From: a bacterium
GTDB lineage: Bacteria > Arandabacterota > Arandabacteria > Arandabacterales > JALGWA01
Length of the DNA: 17,233 nucleotides
Direction of reading: 5' to 3'
NCBI GenBank assembly: GCA_050125095.1
Contig: JASFEA010000070.1
Span: forward strand, 1-17,233
Below, in pieces: positions 1-8,478 of this stretch. The stretch's first letter is position 1. Every line of letters begins with the position of its first letter. The notes under the pieces were generated by a model, which had not been told where the DNA came from, did not search any database, and saw only the letters and a list, made by a program, of their open reading frames with translations. Position numbers and translations under genes: made by a program.

Positions 1-70
1 AACCAAGCGCAAGAGGCGATGATGCTCGTATTGGTCTTCGCATACGGCTCAATGCAGGAGATTGTGACAC

Positions 71-1099
71 ATGAAAGCGATGGTACTGGAGGCCCTCACC
101 GACCTCGCCAGGAACACTTCGCCGCTCAACCATGCCGAAGTACCCGACCCCGTTCCGAAAGACGGGGAGATACTCGTCAAGGTAAGTACGTGCGGCGTCT
201 GTCACACCGAGATTGACGAGATAGAGGGACGCACGCCTCCGCCTGAGTTCCCCATCATACTCGGCCATCAGGTCGTGGGTATGGTAGCAGGACGCGGCGC
301 GGGCGCCGACATGTACGCCGAAGGGGACAGGGTCGGCGTGGGCTGGATCTACTCCGCCTGTGGTAAGTGCGGGTTCTGCCTGAGCGGCAACGAGAACCTC
401 TGCGCCGATTTCCGCGCAACCGGCAGGGACGCGGACGGCGGCTATGCCGAGTACATGACGCTCCCCGAGAGATTCGCGTACGGTATTCCCGATGTCTTCT
501 CCGACGCCGAAGCCGCCCCGCTTCTGTGCGCGGGCGCCATCGGCTACCGGTCGCTGAGACTCACAGGCATTGAGAACGGCCGTAGCCTCGGGCTAACCGG
601 GTTCGGGGCATCCGCGCATCTTGTACTCAAGATGGCCCGGCACAGGTTCCCCGACTCGGAGGTCTACGTCTTCGCCCGTAGCGAGAAGGAACGCGAATTC
701 GCGGTCGAGCTCGGGGCGGTATGGGCGGGTGATACGCAAGATGAGTCGCCGAGGAAGCTCGATGCGATCATCGATACGACGCCTGTCTGGAAGCCCGTGG
801 TTGAGGCGATGAAGAACCTCGAGCCCGGCGGACGGCTTGTCATCAATGCAATCAGGAAAGAGGACGCGGATAAGGACTACCTACTTGAGTGTGATTACAC
901 CACGCATTTGTGGATGGAGAAGGAGATCAAGAGCGTCGCCAATGTCGCGCGGCGCGATGTGAGCGAATTCCTCGCATTGGCCGCGGAGATTCCCATAAAA
1001 CCCGAGATACAGGAGTTCCCGCTGGACGGTGCCAACGAGGCGCTGGTCCAGCTCAAGCAGCGCAAGATAAGGGGAGCCAAGGTCCTACGGATAGGATGA
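71..1099 (+). CDS. Zinc-dependent alcohol dehydrogenase family protein (MDR superfamily, CAD-like)
   Basis: CGVCHTE, GHQVVG, structural Zn motif CGKCGFCLSGNENLC, APLLCAG and GFGASA Rossmann motif; CAGGAG RBS at 55-60. Confidence 0.93.
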   Translation: MKAMVLEALTDLARNTSPLNHAEVPDPVPKDGEILVKVSTCGVCHTEIDEIEGRTPPPEFPIILGHQVVGMVAGRGAGADMYAEGDRVGVGWIYSACGKCGFCLSGNENLCADFRATGRDADGGYAEYMTLPERFAYGIPDVFSDAEAAPLLCAGAIGYRSLRLTGIENGRSLGLTGFGASAHLVLKMARHRFPDSEVYVFARSEKEREFAVELGAVWAGDTQDESPRKLDAIIDTTPVWKPVVEAMKNLEPGGRLVINAIRKEDADKDYLLECDYTTHLWMEKEIKSVANVARRDVSEFLALAAEIPIKPEIQEFPLDGANEALVQLKQRKIRGAKVLRIG

Positions 1100-3162
1100 G
1101 CTTCGGGCGTGTCTACAGGCTGCCTATGCAGATGAAATCCGATTACTTTAAGAGAGTCCTGATTGCAGGAGGTCTATTCGTCATCATGAGTGGTTTCGGC
1201 GTCTCACGTACGGCCGGCGATTCCGCGGGTGCGTTGCGCGTCACCTCTCCCGACGGGAGTGTCGAGGTAGTATTCTCGCTGCGGAGGGGAGCGCCGCATT
1301 ACAGAATCGATTATAAAGGGAGACCGTTAATTCTCCCGTCGGCCCTCGGCTTCACATTCCGCAACAAGGCCCCGCTTCTGGATGGATTCGTTATAGGGAG
1401 CGCCGAGACGGGGTCTTATGATGAAACCTGGCATCCGGTATGGGGACAGCGCAGCGAGATCTGTAATAAGTACAATGAGCTCAGAATAGTCCTCTCCCAG
1501 GAAAAGTCGGGCGGGAGGGAGATGGCCGTCGTTTTCAGGGTGTATGACGACGGGCTGGGTTTCAGGTACGAGATCCCTCGGCAGAGGGGCATCGAGGACT
1601 TCGAGATCATGTCCGAGAAGACGCAGTTCGCTTTCGCGGGCGACCATTCGGTGTGGTATATACCGGCGGACCTCGATTCGTACGAATACCTTTACAGGCA
1701 CGCCCCGCTTTCGAAGGTCAAGGCGGTGGCGACGCCCGTCACGATGGAGACCGAAGACGGTCTCTGTATCAGCGTGCATGAGGCCGCCCTGACCGACTAC
1801 CCGGAGATGACTCTCTCGGCCGTCTGGGGAAGAGACCTCGTCCTGGAGTCCAATCTCGCTCCATGGCCGGACGGAGTCAGGGTCAAGGGCAAGACGCCGC
1901 TTAATACGCCGTGGAGGACCGTCCAGATAGCGGAGTCGGCCGGCGCGCTCATCGAGTCCAGTCTCATCCTGAATCTGAACGAGCCCTGCGTCATAGAGGA
2001 TACCTCCTTTATAAAGCCGATGAAGTACATCGGCATCTGGTGGGGCATGCATATAGGCAAGTATTCGTTTCACATCGGCCCGAATCATGGCGCGACGACG
2101 GAGAACGCCAAACGCTATATCGACTTCGCCAGCGACCACGGCATAAAGGGATTGCTTATTGAGGGATGGAATACGGGTTGGGACAGATGGGGCCAGAAGG
2201 ACGCTTACTCCTATACCGAGTCTTACCGAGACTTCGACCTCGAAGAGGTGACGCGCTACGCGCGCGAGAAGGGCGTAGCCATAATCGGGCATCATGAGAC
2301 GGGCGGAGATGTGCCCTCCTATGAAGAGCAGCTGGACGCGGCGTTCGACTTATATAAGCGGGTAGGCATAACCGCAATAAAGACGGGCTATGCCGGCAGG
2401 ATATTCCCTCGCGGTCATTACCATCACGGACAGCACATGGTCAGGCATTACAGGATGGTGGTGGAGAAGGCCGCGGAGTACGGCTTCATGCTTGACGTGC
2501 ATGAGCCCATCAAACCGACGGGAATAAGCCGGACGTATCCCAATATGATGACGCGCGAGGGAGTGAGGGGGACGGAGTATAACGCGTGGAGCGAGGGCAA
2601 TCCCCCTGACCATGAGACGATTCTCGCATTCACGCGAATGCTGGCGGGGCCCCTGGACTACACGCCCGTAATATTCGACTGCCTGTTTGACGAGTACAGG
2701 CCCGAGAACAGGGTCCGGACGACGCTGGCCAAGCAGCTGGCTCTGTTCATTGTGCTCTACAGCCCGATTCAGATGGCCGCCGACCTCATCGAGAACTACG
2801 AGGGACATCCCGCTTTCAAGTTCATAGAGGACGCGCCGGTGGACTGGGACGATACCATGGTGCTCAATGGGAAGATAGGCGATTACGTGACCATCGTACG
2901 GAGGAGCGGAGGTTCCTACTACGTAGGCAGTATAACCGACGAGAAGGCCCGGGAGCTGGATATAGAGCTCTCCTTCCTTGAGACCGGCGTGGAATACGCG
3001 GCGAAGATCTACGCGGACGCTCCAGACGCGGACTGGGAGACGAATCCTCATGCGTATGAGATACAGGAGGTACTCGTTGACAGCGATACGGTGCTTAAGA
3101 TGAAGCTTGCGCCCGGCGGAGGTCAGGCAATCAGCATTGTGCCGGCGGGCGCAGGAGAATAG
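1096..3162 (+). CDS. Glycoside hydrolase family 97 (SusB-like alpha-glucosidase), with signal peptide
   Basis: FRVYDDGLGFRY, KYIGIWWGMH, LIEGWNTGW, HHET, HEPIKPTG, REGVRGTE and FTRMLAGPLDYTP motifs. Start moved from 910 to ATG 1096 (ATGA overlap with the ADH stop); ATG 1126 and 1132 are alternatives just before the basic/hydrophobic signal sequence. Confidence 0.92.
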   Translation: MSFGRVYRLPMQMKSDYFKRVLIAGGLFVIMSGFGVSRTAGDSAGALRVTSPDGSVEVVFSLRRGAPHYRIDYKGRPLILPSALGFTFRNKAPLLDGFVIGSAETGSYDETWHPVWGQRSEICNKYNELRIVLSQEKSGGREMAVVFRVYDDGLGFRYEIPRQRGIEDFEIMSEKTQFAFAGDHSVWYIPADLDSYEYLYRHAPLSKVKAVATPVTMETEDGLCISVHEAALTDYPEMTLSAVWGRDLVLESNLAPWPDGVRVKGKTPLNTPWRTVQIAESAGALIESSLILNLNEPCVIEDTSFIKPMKYIGIWWGMHIGKYSFHIGPNHGATTENAKRYIDFASDHGIKGLLIEGWNTGWDRWGQKDAYSYTESYRDFDLEEVTRYAREKGVAIIGHHETGGDVPSYEEQLDAAFDLYKRVGITAIKTGYAGRIFPRGHYHHGQHMVRHYRMVVEKAAEYGFMLDVHEPIKPTGISRTYPNMMTREGVRGTEYNAWSEGNPPDHETILAFTRMLAGPLDYTPVIFDCLFDEYRPENRVRTTLAKQLALFIVLYSPIQMAADLIENYEGHPAFKFIEDAPVDWDDTMVLNGKIGDYVTIVRRSGGSYYVGSITDEKARELDIELSFLETGVEYAAKIYADAPDADWETNPHAYEIQEVLVDSDTVLKMKLAPGGGQAISIVPAGAGE

Positions 3163-3186
3163 ACCCCTGGCCACATGGAGTGAATA

Positions 3187-4701
3187 GTGAGTGAACATTT
3201 GGGAATGCGTGCCGTTGCATTTGTCGTATTGTGGGCGCTGCTGGCCCTGGCCGGTCCGTATTGCGTCCGGGCCGCCACCGGGGTGCCGTGGCCCGCTGCG
3301 GCCCCTGAGGAAGTAGGGATTTCCTCCGATGCGCTGGCCGACATGCTCGTCAAAATAAGGGACGACGCAATCGAGATACACAGCGTGATAATCGTAAGAG
3401 ACGGCCGGCTGGTACTCGAAGCATATATGCACCCTTATGACCGCGGGACTCTGCACAACGTGAAATCGGTGAGCAAGAGCGTGATTTCGGCGCTGGTCGG
3501 GATAGCGCTGCGTGAAGGCGTCATCGGCAGCCTGGACGAGACCGTGTATCAGCACTTCCCGGAGTACATCACCGATGACATGGACCCCCGCAAGAGAGAG
3601 ATCAACCTGTGGCATCTGCTGACCATGACAAGCGGCCTCGATCTCGATGAGAACGGTCCCATCTCGGCCGAGATCTTCGGTTCGCTGGACTGGCTCAAGA
3701 AGACCTATGAGCGGCCGATGGAAAACCGCCCGGGGACGCGGTTTGTTTACTCCACCCCGCTCACGCATACGATGTCGGGAATCCTCACCGAGTCGAGCGG
3801 GATGAGCCTTCATGAGTTCGCGGATGAGCACCTCTTCGGTCCTCTGGGTTTCGGTGAAGTCCAGTGGAGGAAGGGGCCGCAGGGCTATAACTTCGGGGGG
3901 GCCGAGCTCTTTCTCCTGCCCGTTGACATGGCGAAATTCGGATATCTATTTATGAAAGGCGGCGTATGGGAGGGCCGCCAGGTCGTCCCGGCAGAATGGG
4001 TGGATGAATCCACAATGAACAAGCTCGGCGGGATTTCCAGGACCCTGTACGGTTACTGGTGGTGGCTGGAAGACGACGGTTCATATCGGGCATCGGGTTG
4101 GGGAGGGCAGTCCATTTACGTCAATGAAGACGCCGATATCGTAGTCGCCGTCACGGCCTCCGACCGCCCGGACTCGTACGGCCTCTTCTCTGATTTCATA
4201 GCGCCCTGGCTGGAGTCATCAGAGCCGCTCGAGGCCGACCCCGGGGCCGCGGCAAGACTTGCCAGGGTCATAGACGAGATTGGGAATCCGGTGCCTGAAC
4301 CGGCGGACTACATGCCCGCGATAGCGGGAGAGATATCCGGGCGGAGATACGTGATGGAGTGGAACCAGCTCGGTATTGAGAGCGCGATCTTCGTATTTGG
4401 GAGCGACAGCACATGCGTCGTGAGTCTCGAGACCACTATGGGTGACTACCACCTGGTCACCGGTATTGACGGCCTCTACCGCCTGACCGATGTCGGGAAT
4501 GCGGGTCCGATGCCGGCTGGCAATTTGAGAGCCATGAGGGGCCACTGGGTCGATGACACAACATTCCATTTGAGCTCGCGCCAGGTGGGGGATCCTCTGT
4601 ACTCGGAAAGCGACCTCGTTTTCACAGGCGATGAAATCAATATGACCACGACAGTGGAGCCCATCGGGCGCGAGATTGTTCTTAAGGGGAAGGCTGAGTA
4701 A
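3187..4701 (+). CDS. Serine hydrolase, beta-lactamase class C/AmpC-like family, signal peptide and C-terminal extension
   Basis: SVSK (SxxK), LLTMTSG, PGTRFVYST and YGYWWW...ASGWGGQ motifs; hydrophobic N-terminus; GGAG at 3177-3180 before GTG (ATG 3205 is an alternative). Confidence 0.9.
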   Translation: MSEHLGMRAVAFVVLWALLALAGPYCVRAATGVPWPAAAPEEVGISSDALADMLVKIRDDAIEIHSVIIVRDGRLVLEAYMHPYDRGTLHNVKSVSKSVISALVGIALREGVIGSLDETVYQHFPEYITDDMDPRKREINLWHLLTMTSGLDLDENGPISAEIFGSLDWLKKTYERPMENRPGTRFVYSTPLTHTMSGILTESSGMSLHEFADEHLFGPLGFGEVQWRKGPQGYNFGGAELFLLPVDMAKFGYLFMKGGVWEGRQVVPAEWVDESTMNKLGGISRTLYGYWWWLEDDGSYRASGWGGQSIYVNEDADIVVAVTASDRPDSYGLFSDFIAPWLESSEPLEADPGAAARLARVIDEIGNPVPEPADYMPAIAGEISGRRYVMEWNQLGIESAIFVFGSDSTCVVSLETTMGDYHLVTGIDGLYRLTDVGNAGPMPAGNLRAMRGHWVDDTTFHLSSRQVGDPLYSESDLVFTGDEINMTTTVEPIGREIVLKGKAE

Positions 4702-4721
4702 GGGCGCACGCTTAAGGTCGA

Positions 4722-4756
4722 GGCCTTTCTTTCCGAAGTATTTTGGAAAGGAGGCC
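4722..4756 (+). promoter_or_regulatory. Stem-loop occluding the Shine-Dalgarno sequence of the downstream hypothetical gene
   Basis: GGCC(T)TTCTTTCCGAA-GTAT-TTTGGAAAGGAGGCC can form 15 pairs (2 G-U, one bulged T); the 3' arm contains AAGGAGG 5 nt before ATG 4760. Confidence 0.5.
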
Positions 4757-4759
4757 GAC

Positions 4760-5743
4760 ATGACATCGGATGGGAAACGCGACCTTAACATTACGCATGC
4801 AGTAGTCAATACACTCACCTCGGGCTATCAGGGCAAATTCGTTTTCCTTAATTCGCTCAAGCAGATGGGCTCCCCGAGATACAGCCCCGCGGAGTTTGAC
4901 CAGACCAGGGACATACTGGATAAGATAGGTGTCTGGATAAAGGCGGTCATGGACGGACGGCCAGTGCTTGCAGGGCCCGGCACCGAGTCTTCCGCCGAGA
5001 GGACGGAAGCCCTTGACCTCCTTCGGGCTCTCAAGGACGATTTGTCGGGCCTTGCCGCAGAGCTGCTCAGGATGAGAGCCGACAACTATGTGGCCGATGA
5101 CCCGAACCAGGCTGAACTGCTGGTTGCCTCTCTCTGCCGCCACGCATATGCCCGGGACCATTACGTCAAAGGTCTCGTTGCCTACTCGGAGAAGTTCGAA
5201 TACGAAGAAGCGGCGGACAGGTGGAGGCAGCACCTCATTCACACGCCGCAGGAGATTAAGGTCGCGCATCAGTTCCTTGAGGAGCTCCAGGATACCTCCA
5301 GGACGGGCAAGAAATTCTATGTCGACCTCTTCGAGGAGACTCTCCTCATTCCCTACATCTTCTCATGCCAGGTTCAGGACATGAACCAGGTGCTCAGCTT
5401 CTACACGGACGGGTTCACCTACGAGGACGCCGGAATCAGCCTGGACGAGGCGGCCCGCTGGAAGAACATGAATGCGAGACCTGAAGCCGCATGCTACTGG
5501 CATGCGTATGGCTTCACTGCCGACGAGACGGCGGCCTGGATTGAGGCGGGATTCTTCGAGCCCGGAATGGCGGCCAACTGGAAGTACCGCGATTTCGGCC
5601 CGGCGGACGCTTCGCGCTGGCACGGGGCGGGATTCGACGCCAGGGGGGCGATGGTCAGCATCGTTATGGGGCAGACCGACCCCCAAGCGGCGCGAGCCTG
5701 GTTGGAGGCCGCTCAGGCCGCACAGCAGGAGGGCGCCGACTGA
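4760..5743 (+). CDS. Hypothetical protein, helical N-terminal region and C-terminal 13/14-aa Trp-periodic repeats
   Basis: Long ORF filling the gap; strong AAGGAGG RBS before ATG 4760 (MTSDGKRD...); no recognised family. Confidence 0.8.
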   Translation: MTSDGKRDLNITHAVVNTLTSGYQGKFVFLNSLKQMGSPRYSPAEFDQTRDILDKIGVWIKAVMDGRPVLAGPGTESSAERTEALDLLRALKDDLSGLAAELLRMRADNYVADDPNQAELLVASLCRHAYARDHYVKGLVAYSEKFEYEEAADRWRQHLIHTPQEIKVAHQFLEELQDTSRTGKKFYVDLFEETLLIPYIFSCQVQDMNQVLSFYTDGFTYEDAGISLDEAARWKNMNARPEAACYWHAYGFTADETAAWIEAGFFEPGMAANWKYRDFGPADASRWHGAGFDARGAMVSIVMGQTDPQAARAWLEAAQAAQQEGAD

Positions 5744-5755
5744 GGTGCGCGGCAG

Positions 5756-5821
5756 GGGCTGTGCAATCCAAGACCTGACCCCGGAGGGTTGTGCAATCCA
5801 AGACCTGACCCCACAGGGTCA
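5756..5821. repeat. Two-copy 30-bp tandem repeat (REP-like) between convergent genes
   Basis: Identical 23-bp core TGTGCAATCCAAGACCTGACCCC at 5760-5782 and 5790-5812; each copy ends in a small GACCC-N4-GGGT(T/C) hairpin. Confidence 0.9.
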
Positions 5822-6625
5822 GCGGCCCACGCGCCTGGCCCTCCCGCTGCTCGATGCGGTTACGGTGGCCGAGGGATGGCCCGTATAGTACAGCGAGCCG
5901 CTGCTCGAGAGCGATGCATTCAGTTTCCCGTCCACATGTATGTAGGCGTCGCCGCTGCTCGAAATGCTGACTTGCGCGTTCTCGCTCCTTACGTCCTCGG
6001 CGATGTAGTCTCCGGAAGAGCTTATCCGGATCTCCTGGAACCTGACGGCGCCGTCTTCGATGGTGACGTCGCCGGAGCTGCTTATCCCGATATCCAGATC
6101 CCGGGCCTCAATCCTGCCGATGTCGGCGTCCCCCGAACTGCTGAGCTTGATATAAACCTGAGTCGCGTCGACGCCCTTCATGACGAGGTCTCCGGAGCTG
6201 CTTATCCCGACGTCTAATCTCTCGGTTTCGACATATGGCGCCAGGATATCGCCGCTGCTCGAGATGCGCACCGTATCAAGTTCCTTCAGGGTGAGGTAGA
6301 ATCTCACCTTTTTCTTCGGCTTAATAGACACGTGCCTCCGGGTTTCGATATGGAGGATGCCGCCTCTGATTTCAGTCTCGATGTACTCGATGAGATTGTC
6401 TTCCGCCTCGATCACGAACTCTTCCCTGTCGGCGATCATTATCCTGAGATCGCCGAATGTCGCCAGGTGAACTCCCGTGACTCCGGAGACGGCGCGTTCC
6501 GATTCCACTACATGGCCGGACCCGCCGACTCTGGTCTCCCCGGCATCGAGAGTACAGTCCACGCATCCCACCACGAAAGCGCATGCGAAGGCAAGCAGAG
6601 CCGCAGCCATAACACTGGATTTCAT
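5819..6625 (-). CDS. DUF2807 / head GIN domain lipoprotein (putative adhesin-like beta-helix)
   Basis: GSGHVVESERAV, IEAEDNLIEYIETEI.GGIL.I and repeated ISSSGD units; lipobox-like FVVGC; AGGAGGG RBS (6631-6637) before ATG 6625. Confidence 0.88.
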   Translation of the reverse strand: MKSSVMAAALLAFACAFVVGCVDCTLDAGETRVGGSGHVVESERAVSGVTGVHLATFGDLRIMIADREEFVIEAEDNLIEYIETEIRGGILHIETRRHVSIKPKKKVRFYLTLKELDTVRISSSGDILAPYVETERLDVGISSSGDLVMKGVDATQVYIKLSSSGDADIGRIEARDLDIGISSSGDVTIEDGAVRFQEIRISSSGDYIAEDVRSENAQVSISSSGDAYIHVDGKLNASLSSSGSLYYTGHPSATVTASSSGRARRVGR

Positions 6626-6676
6626 AAGAACCCTCCTACGGGGTGTAGAGGTAGGGGATAACTCGGCGCTATGCAT

Positions 6677-6706
6677 ACCATACCAAGAATCGCCCCGTTT
6701 GCGCAA
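6677..6706 (-). promoter_or_regulatory. Possible sigma70 promoter of the DUF2807 gene
   Basis: TTGCGC-N18-TATGGT with TG extended -10 on the minus strand. Confidence 0.3.
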
Positions 6707-6780
6707 CCTAAGAAACAGGGCCTTGACAAATTGGTGACTTAGTAGTTCCCTTTTAGATTGGAATGCATTATTATGTTGTA

Positions 6781-6835
6781 CGAGCGCATTTCGGGTTTTG
6801 GCATTGTGCCCCCGAAGCCGGCGGGCATGCGCTCG
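6781..6835 (+). promoter_or_regulatory. Candidate structured 5' leader of the Rrf2 operon
   Basis: Perfect 9-bp inverted repeat CGAGCGCAT/ATGCGCTCG enclosing TTCGGG/CCCGAA and GGCA/TGCC stems. Confidence 0.4.
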
Positions 6836-6869
6836 AATTCATTCACGAAGTCAGTTTTGGGGTGACATT

Positions 6870-7283
6870 ATGAAAGTACCGACCAGAGTCAGATATGCAT
6901 TGAGGGCAGTTGTAGAGATCGCTGAACGTGACAGCGACGTGCCGGTTCCCATAAGGGACTTCGCGCGGGCTCAGGGGATTTCAACCAAGTATGCGAAACA
7001 ACTCATGAACCACCTGGGTAAGGCCGGCATTGTTAGAGGATACCGGGGCGTGGGTGGAGGATATGCCCTGGCAAGGGACCCGGACAGTATCACGGTCTTC
7101 GATATCTACGACGCGCTCAAGGAGGACGTGCACCTGGCCCCGTGCGTCAGGGACGACGTCAGCTGCGAGAGAGAGAACTCATGCCCGGCGAGGGACTTCT
7201 GGTCCGGCATGAGCAAGGTGCTTATCAGGCAACTGAGATCAACATCGATTGGCGACCTTCTCCGGAACAGGAAGGTTCTTTAG
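6870..7283 (+). CDS. Rrf2 family transcriptional regulator (IscR-like, three Cys)
   Basis: MKVPTRVRYALRA, QGISTKYAKQLM..L.KAGIV.G.RG.GGGY.LA.DP..IT, C-terminal PCVRDDVSCERENSC; ATG 6870 preferred over TTG 6798. Confidence 0.93.
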   Translation: MKVPTRVRYALRAVVEIAERDSDVPVPIRDFARAQGISTKYAKQLMNHLGKAGIVRGYRGVGGGYALARDPDSITVFDIYDALKEDVHLAPCVRDDVSCERENSCPARDFWSGMSKVLIRQLRSTSIGDLLRNRKVL

Positions 7284-7296
7284 AGGAGGCAGGGTC

Positions 7297-8478
7297 ATGA
7301 TCTATCTGGACCACAACGCGACCACTCCTGTCGATCCGAGAGTGTTCGAGGCGATGAAGCCCTACCTCACGGAGAAGTACGAAAACCCTTCCTCCATTTA
7401 CAGGGCGGGCCAGGACGTAAGCAAGGCCGTGAATGACGCGCGCGACGCGCTGGCCGGCCTTCTCGGCGCCAGGCCGGGGGAGGTCTATTTCACGAGCGGC
7501 GGCACCGAGTCCGACAACACGGCGATCAAGGGCGTCGCCCTGAACCGCGGGTCGGGCCATATCATCACATCTTCAATCGAGCATCCGGCTGTCATAGAAG
7601 TGGTCAAGTGGCTGGAGAAGAGGGGCTTCACCGCCACGTATGTCGGGGTGGACTCGGACGGCATCATAGACCCGGAAGAGGTAAGAGACGCCATCACCGA
7701 CGAGACGATTATCGTGTCCGTAATGCATGCGAACAACGAGGTCGGCACGCTGCAGCCCATCGAGAAGATAGCTGAAATCGCCCATGAGAAGGGTGTGCTC
7801 TTCCACACCGACGCCGTACAGACAACCGGCAAGATAGAGATTGACGTGGGAGCCATGGGCATAGACCTCCTGTCGCTTTCGGCCCACAAGTTTTACGGCC
7901 CCAAGGGAGTCGGCGCGCTGTACGTCAGGAGGGGGGTCAAGTTCGATCCCTGCGTGCACGGCGGGCATCAGGAGAGGGGGGTCAGGGGCGGCACCGAAAA
8001 CGTGGCCGGCGTGATCGGACTGGGCCGGGCGGCCGGGATAGCCGCCGCAGAGATGGACGGGGAGAGCGTCCGCGTCCGGAAGCTCAGAGACAAGCTCGAG
8101 GGCGGGCTCGCCGCCGGCATCAGCGACCTTCGCTTCAACGGACACCGCGAGAAGCGCATGTTCAACACCGCCAGCGTCATCGTCAAGTACGTCGAAGGTG
8201 AGGCCATGCTGCTCAAGCTGGATTATCATGGAATAGCGGCCTCTTCGGGCTCGGCCTGCACCTCGGGTTCGCTGGACCCGTCGCATGTGTTGCTGGCTAT
8301 GGGGATTCCCGCCCCGATCGCCCATGGAAGCCTGAGGTTCAGCCTCGGGAGGGCGACGACGGAAGAGGGCGTCGATAAGGTCATAGAAGTCCTTCCGCCT
8401 ATAGTCGAGGAGCTGAGGGCCATGTCGGCTTTCCCGCGGGACGGGAGCGAGGAAGGAAGGGCGTGCGGCAATGCCTGA
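7297..8478 (+). CDS. iscS: Cysteine desulfurase, group I (IscS/NifS)
   Basis: IYLDHNATTP, FTSGGTESDN, HTDAVQ, SAHKFYGPKG (PLP Lys) and SSGSACTS (catalytic Cys); GGAGG RBS before ATG 7297. Confidence 0.96.
   Translation: MIYLDHNATTPVDPRVFEAMKPYLTEKYENPSSIYRAGQDVSKAVNDARDALAGLLGARPGEVYFTSGGTESDNTAIKGVALNRGSGHIITSSIEHPAVIEVVKWLEKRGFTATYVGVDSDGIIDPEEVRDAITDETIIVSVMHANNEVGTLQPIEKIAEIAHEKGVLFHTDAVQTTGKIEIDVGAMGIDLLSLSAHKFYGPKGVGALYVRRGVKFDPCVHGGHQERGVRGGTENVAGVIGLGRAAGIAAAEMDGESVRVRKLRDKLEGGLAAGISDLRFNGHREKRMFNTASVIVKYVEGEAMLLKLDYHGIAASSGSACTSGSLDPSHVLLAMGIPAPIAHGSLRFSLGRATTEEGVDKVIEVLPPIVEELRAMSAFPRDGSEEGRACGNA

Noticed and set aside
1..22. Possible 3' end of an upstream gene (TKRKRR-stop)
   Set aside because: Too short to support a call
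910..1095. N-terminal extension of the GH97 ORF
   Set aside because: Overlaps the ADH gene in another frame; the signal peptide begins after 1096
2350..3831. 493-aa minus-strand ORF (also 1327-2295, 4219-4818, 7573-8538)
   Set aside because: Antisense shadows of well-supported genes in GC-rich DNA with no recognisable motifs
3187..4701. Bona fide beta-lactam resistance gene
   Set aside because: YST instead of YxN and no KTG triad; fits the broad esterase/amidase branch
5756..5821. Mini CRISPR array
   Set aside because: Only two copies separated by 7 nt, no spacer-length unique sequence, and no cas genes
6072..6210. 19-bp direct repeat CCGGAGCTGCTTATCCCGA (6072-6090, 6192-6210)
   Set aside because: Encodes the GISSSG units of the DUF2807 beta-helix; explained by the protein repeat
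6631..6657. Weak hairpin over the DUF2807 RBS with CCCCGTAGG resembling part of the NAD+-I riboswitch
   Set aside because: Short match, opposite orientation to nadA, and the rest of the aptamer is absent
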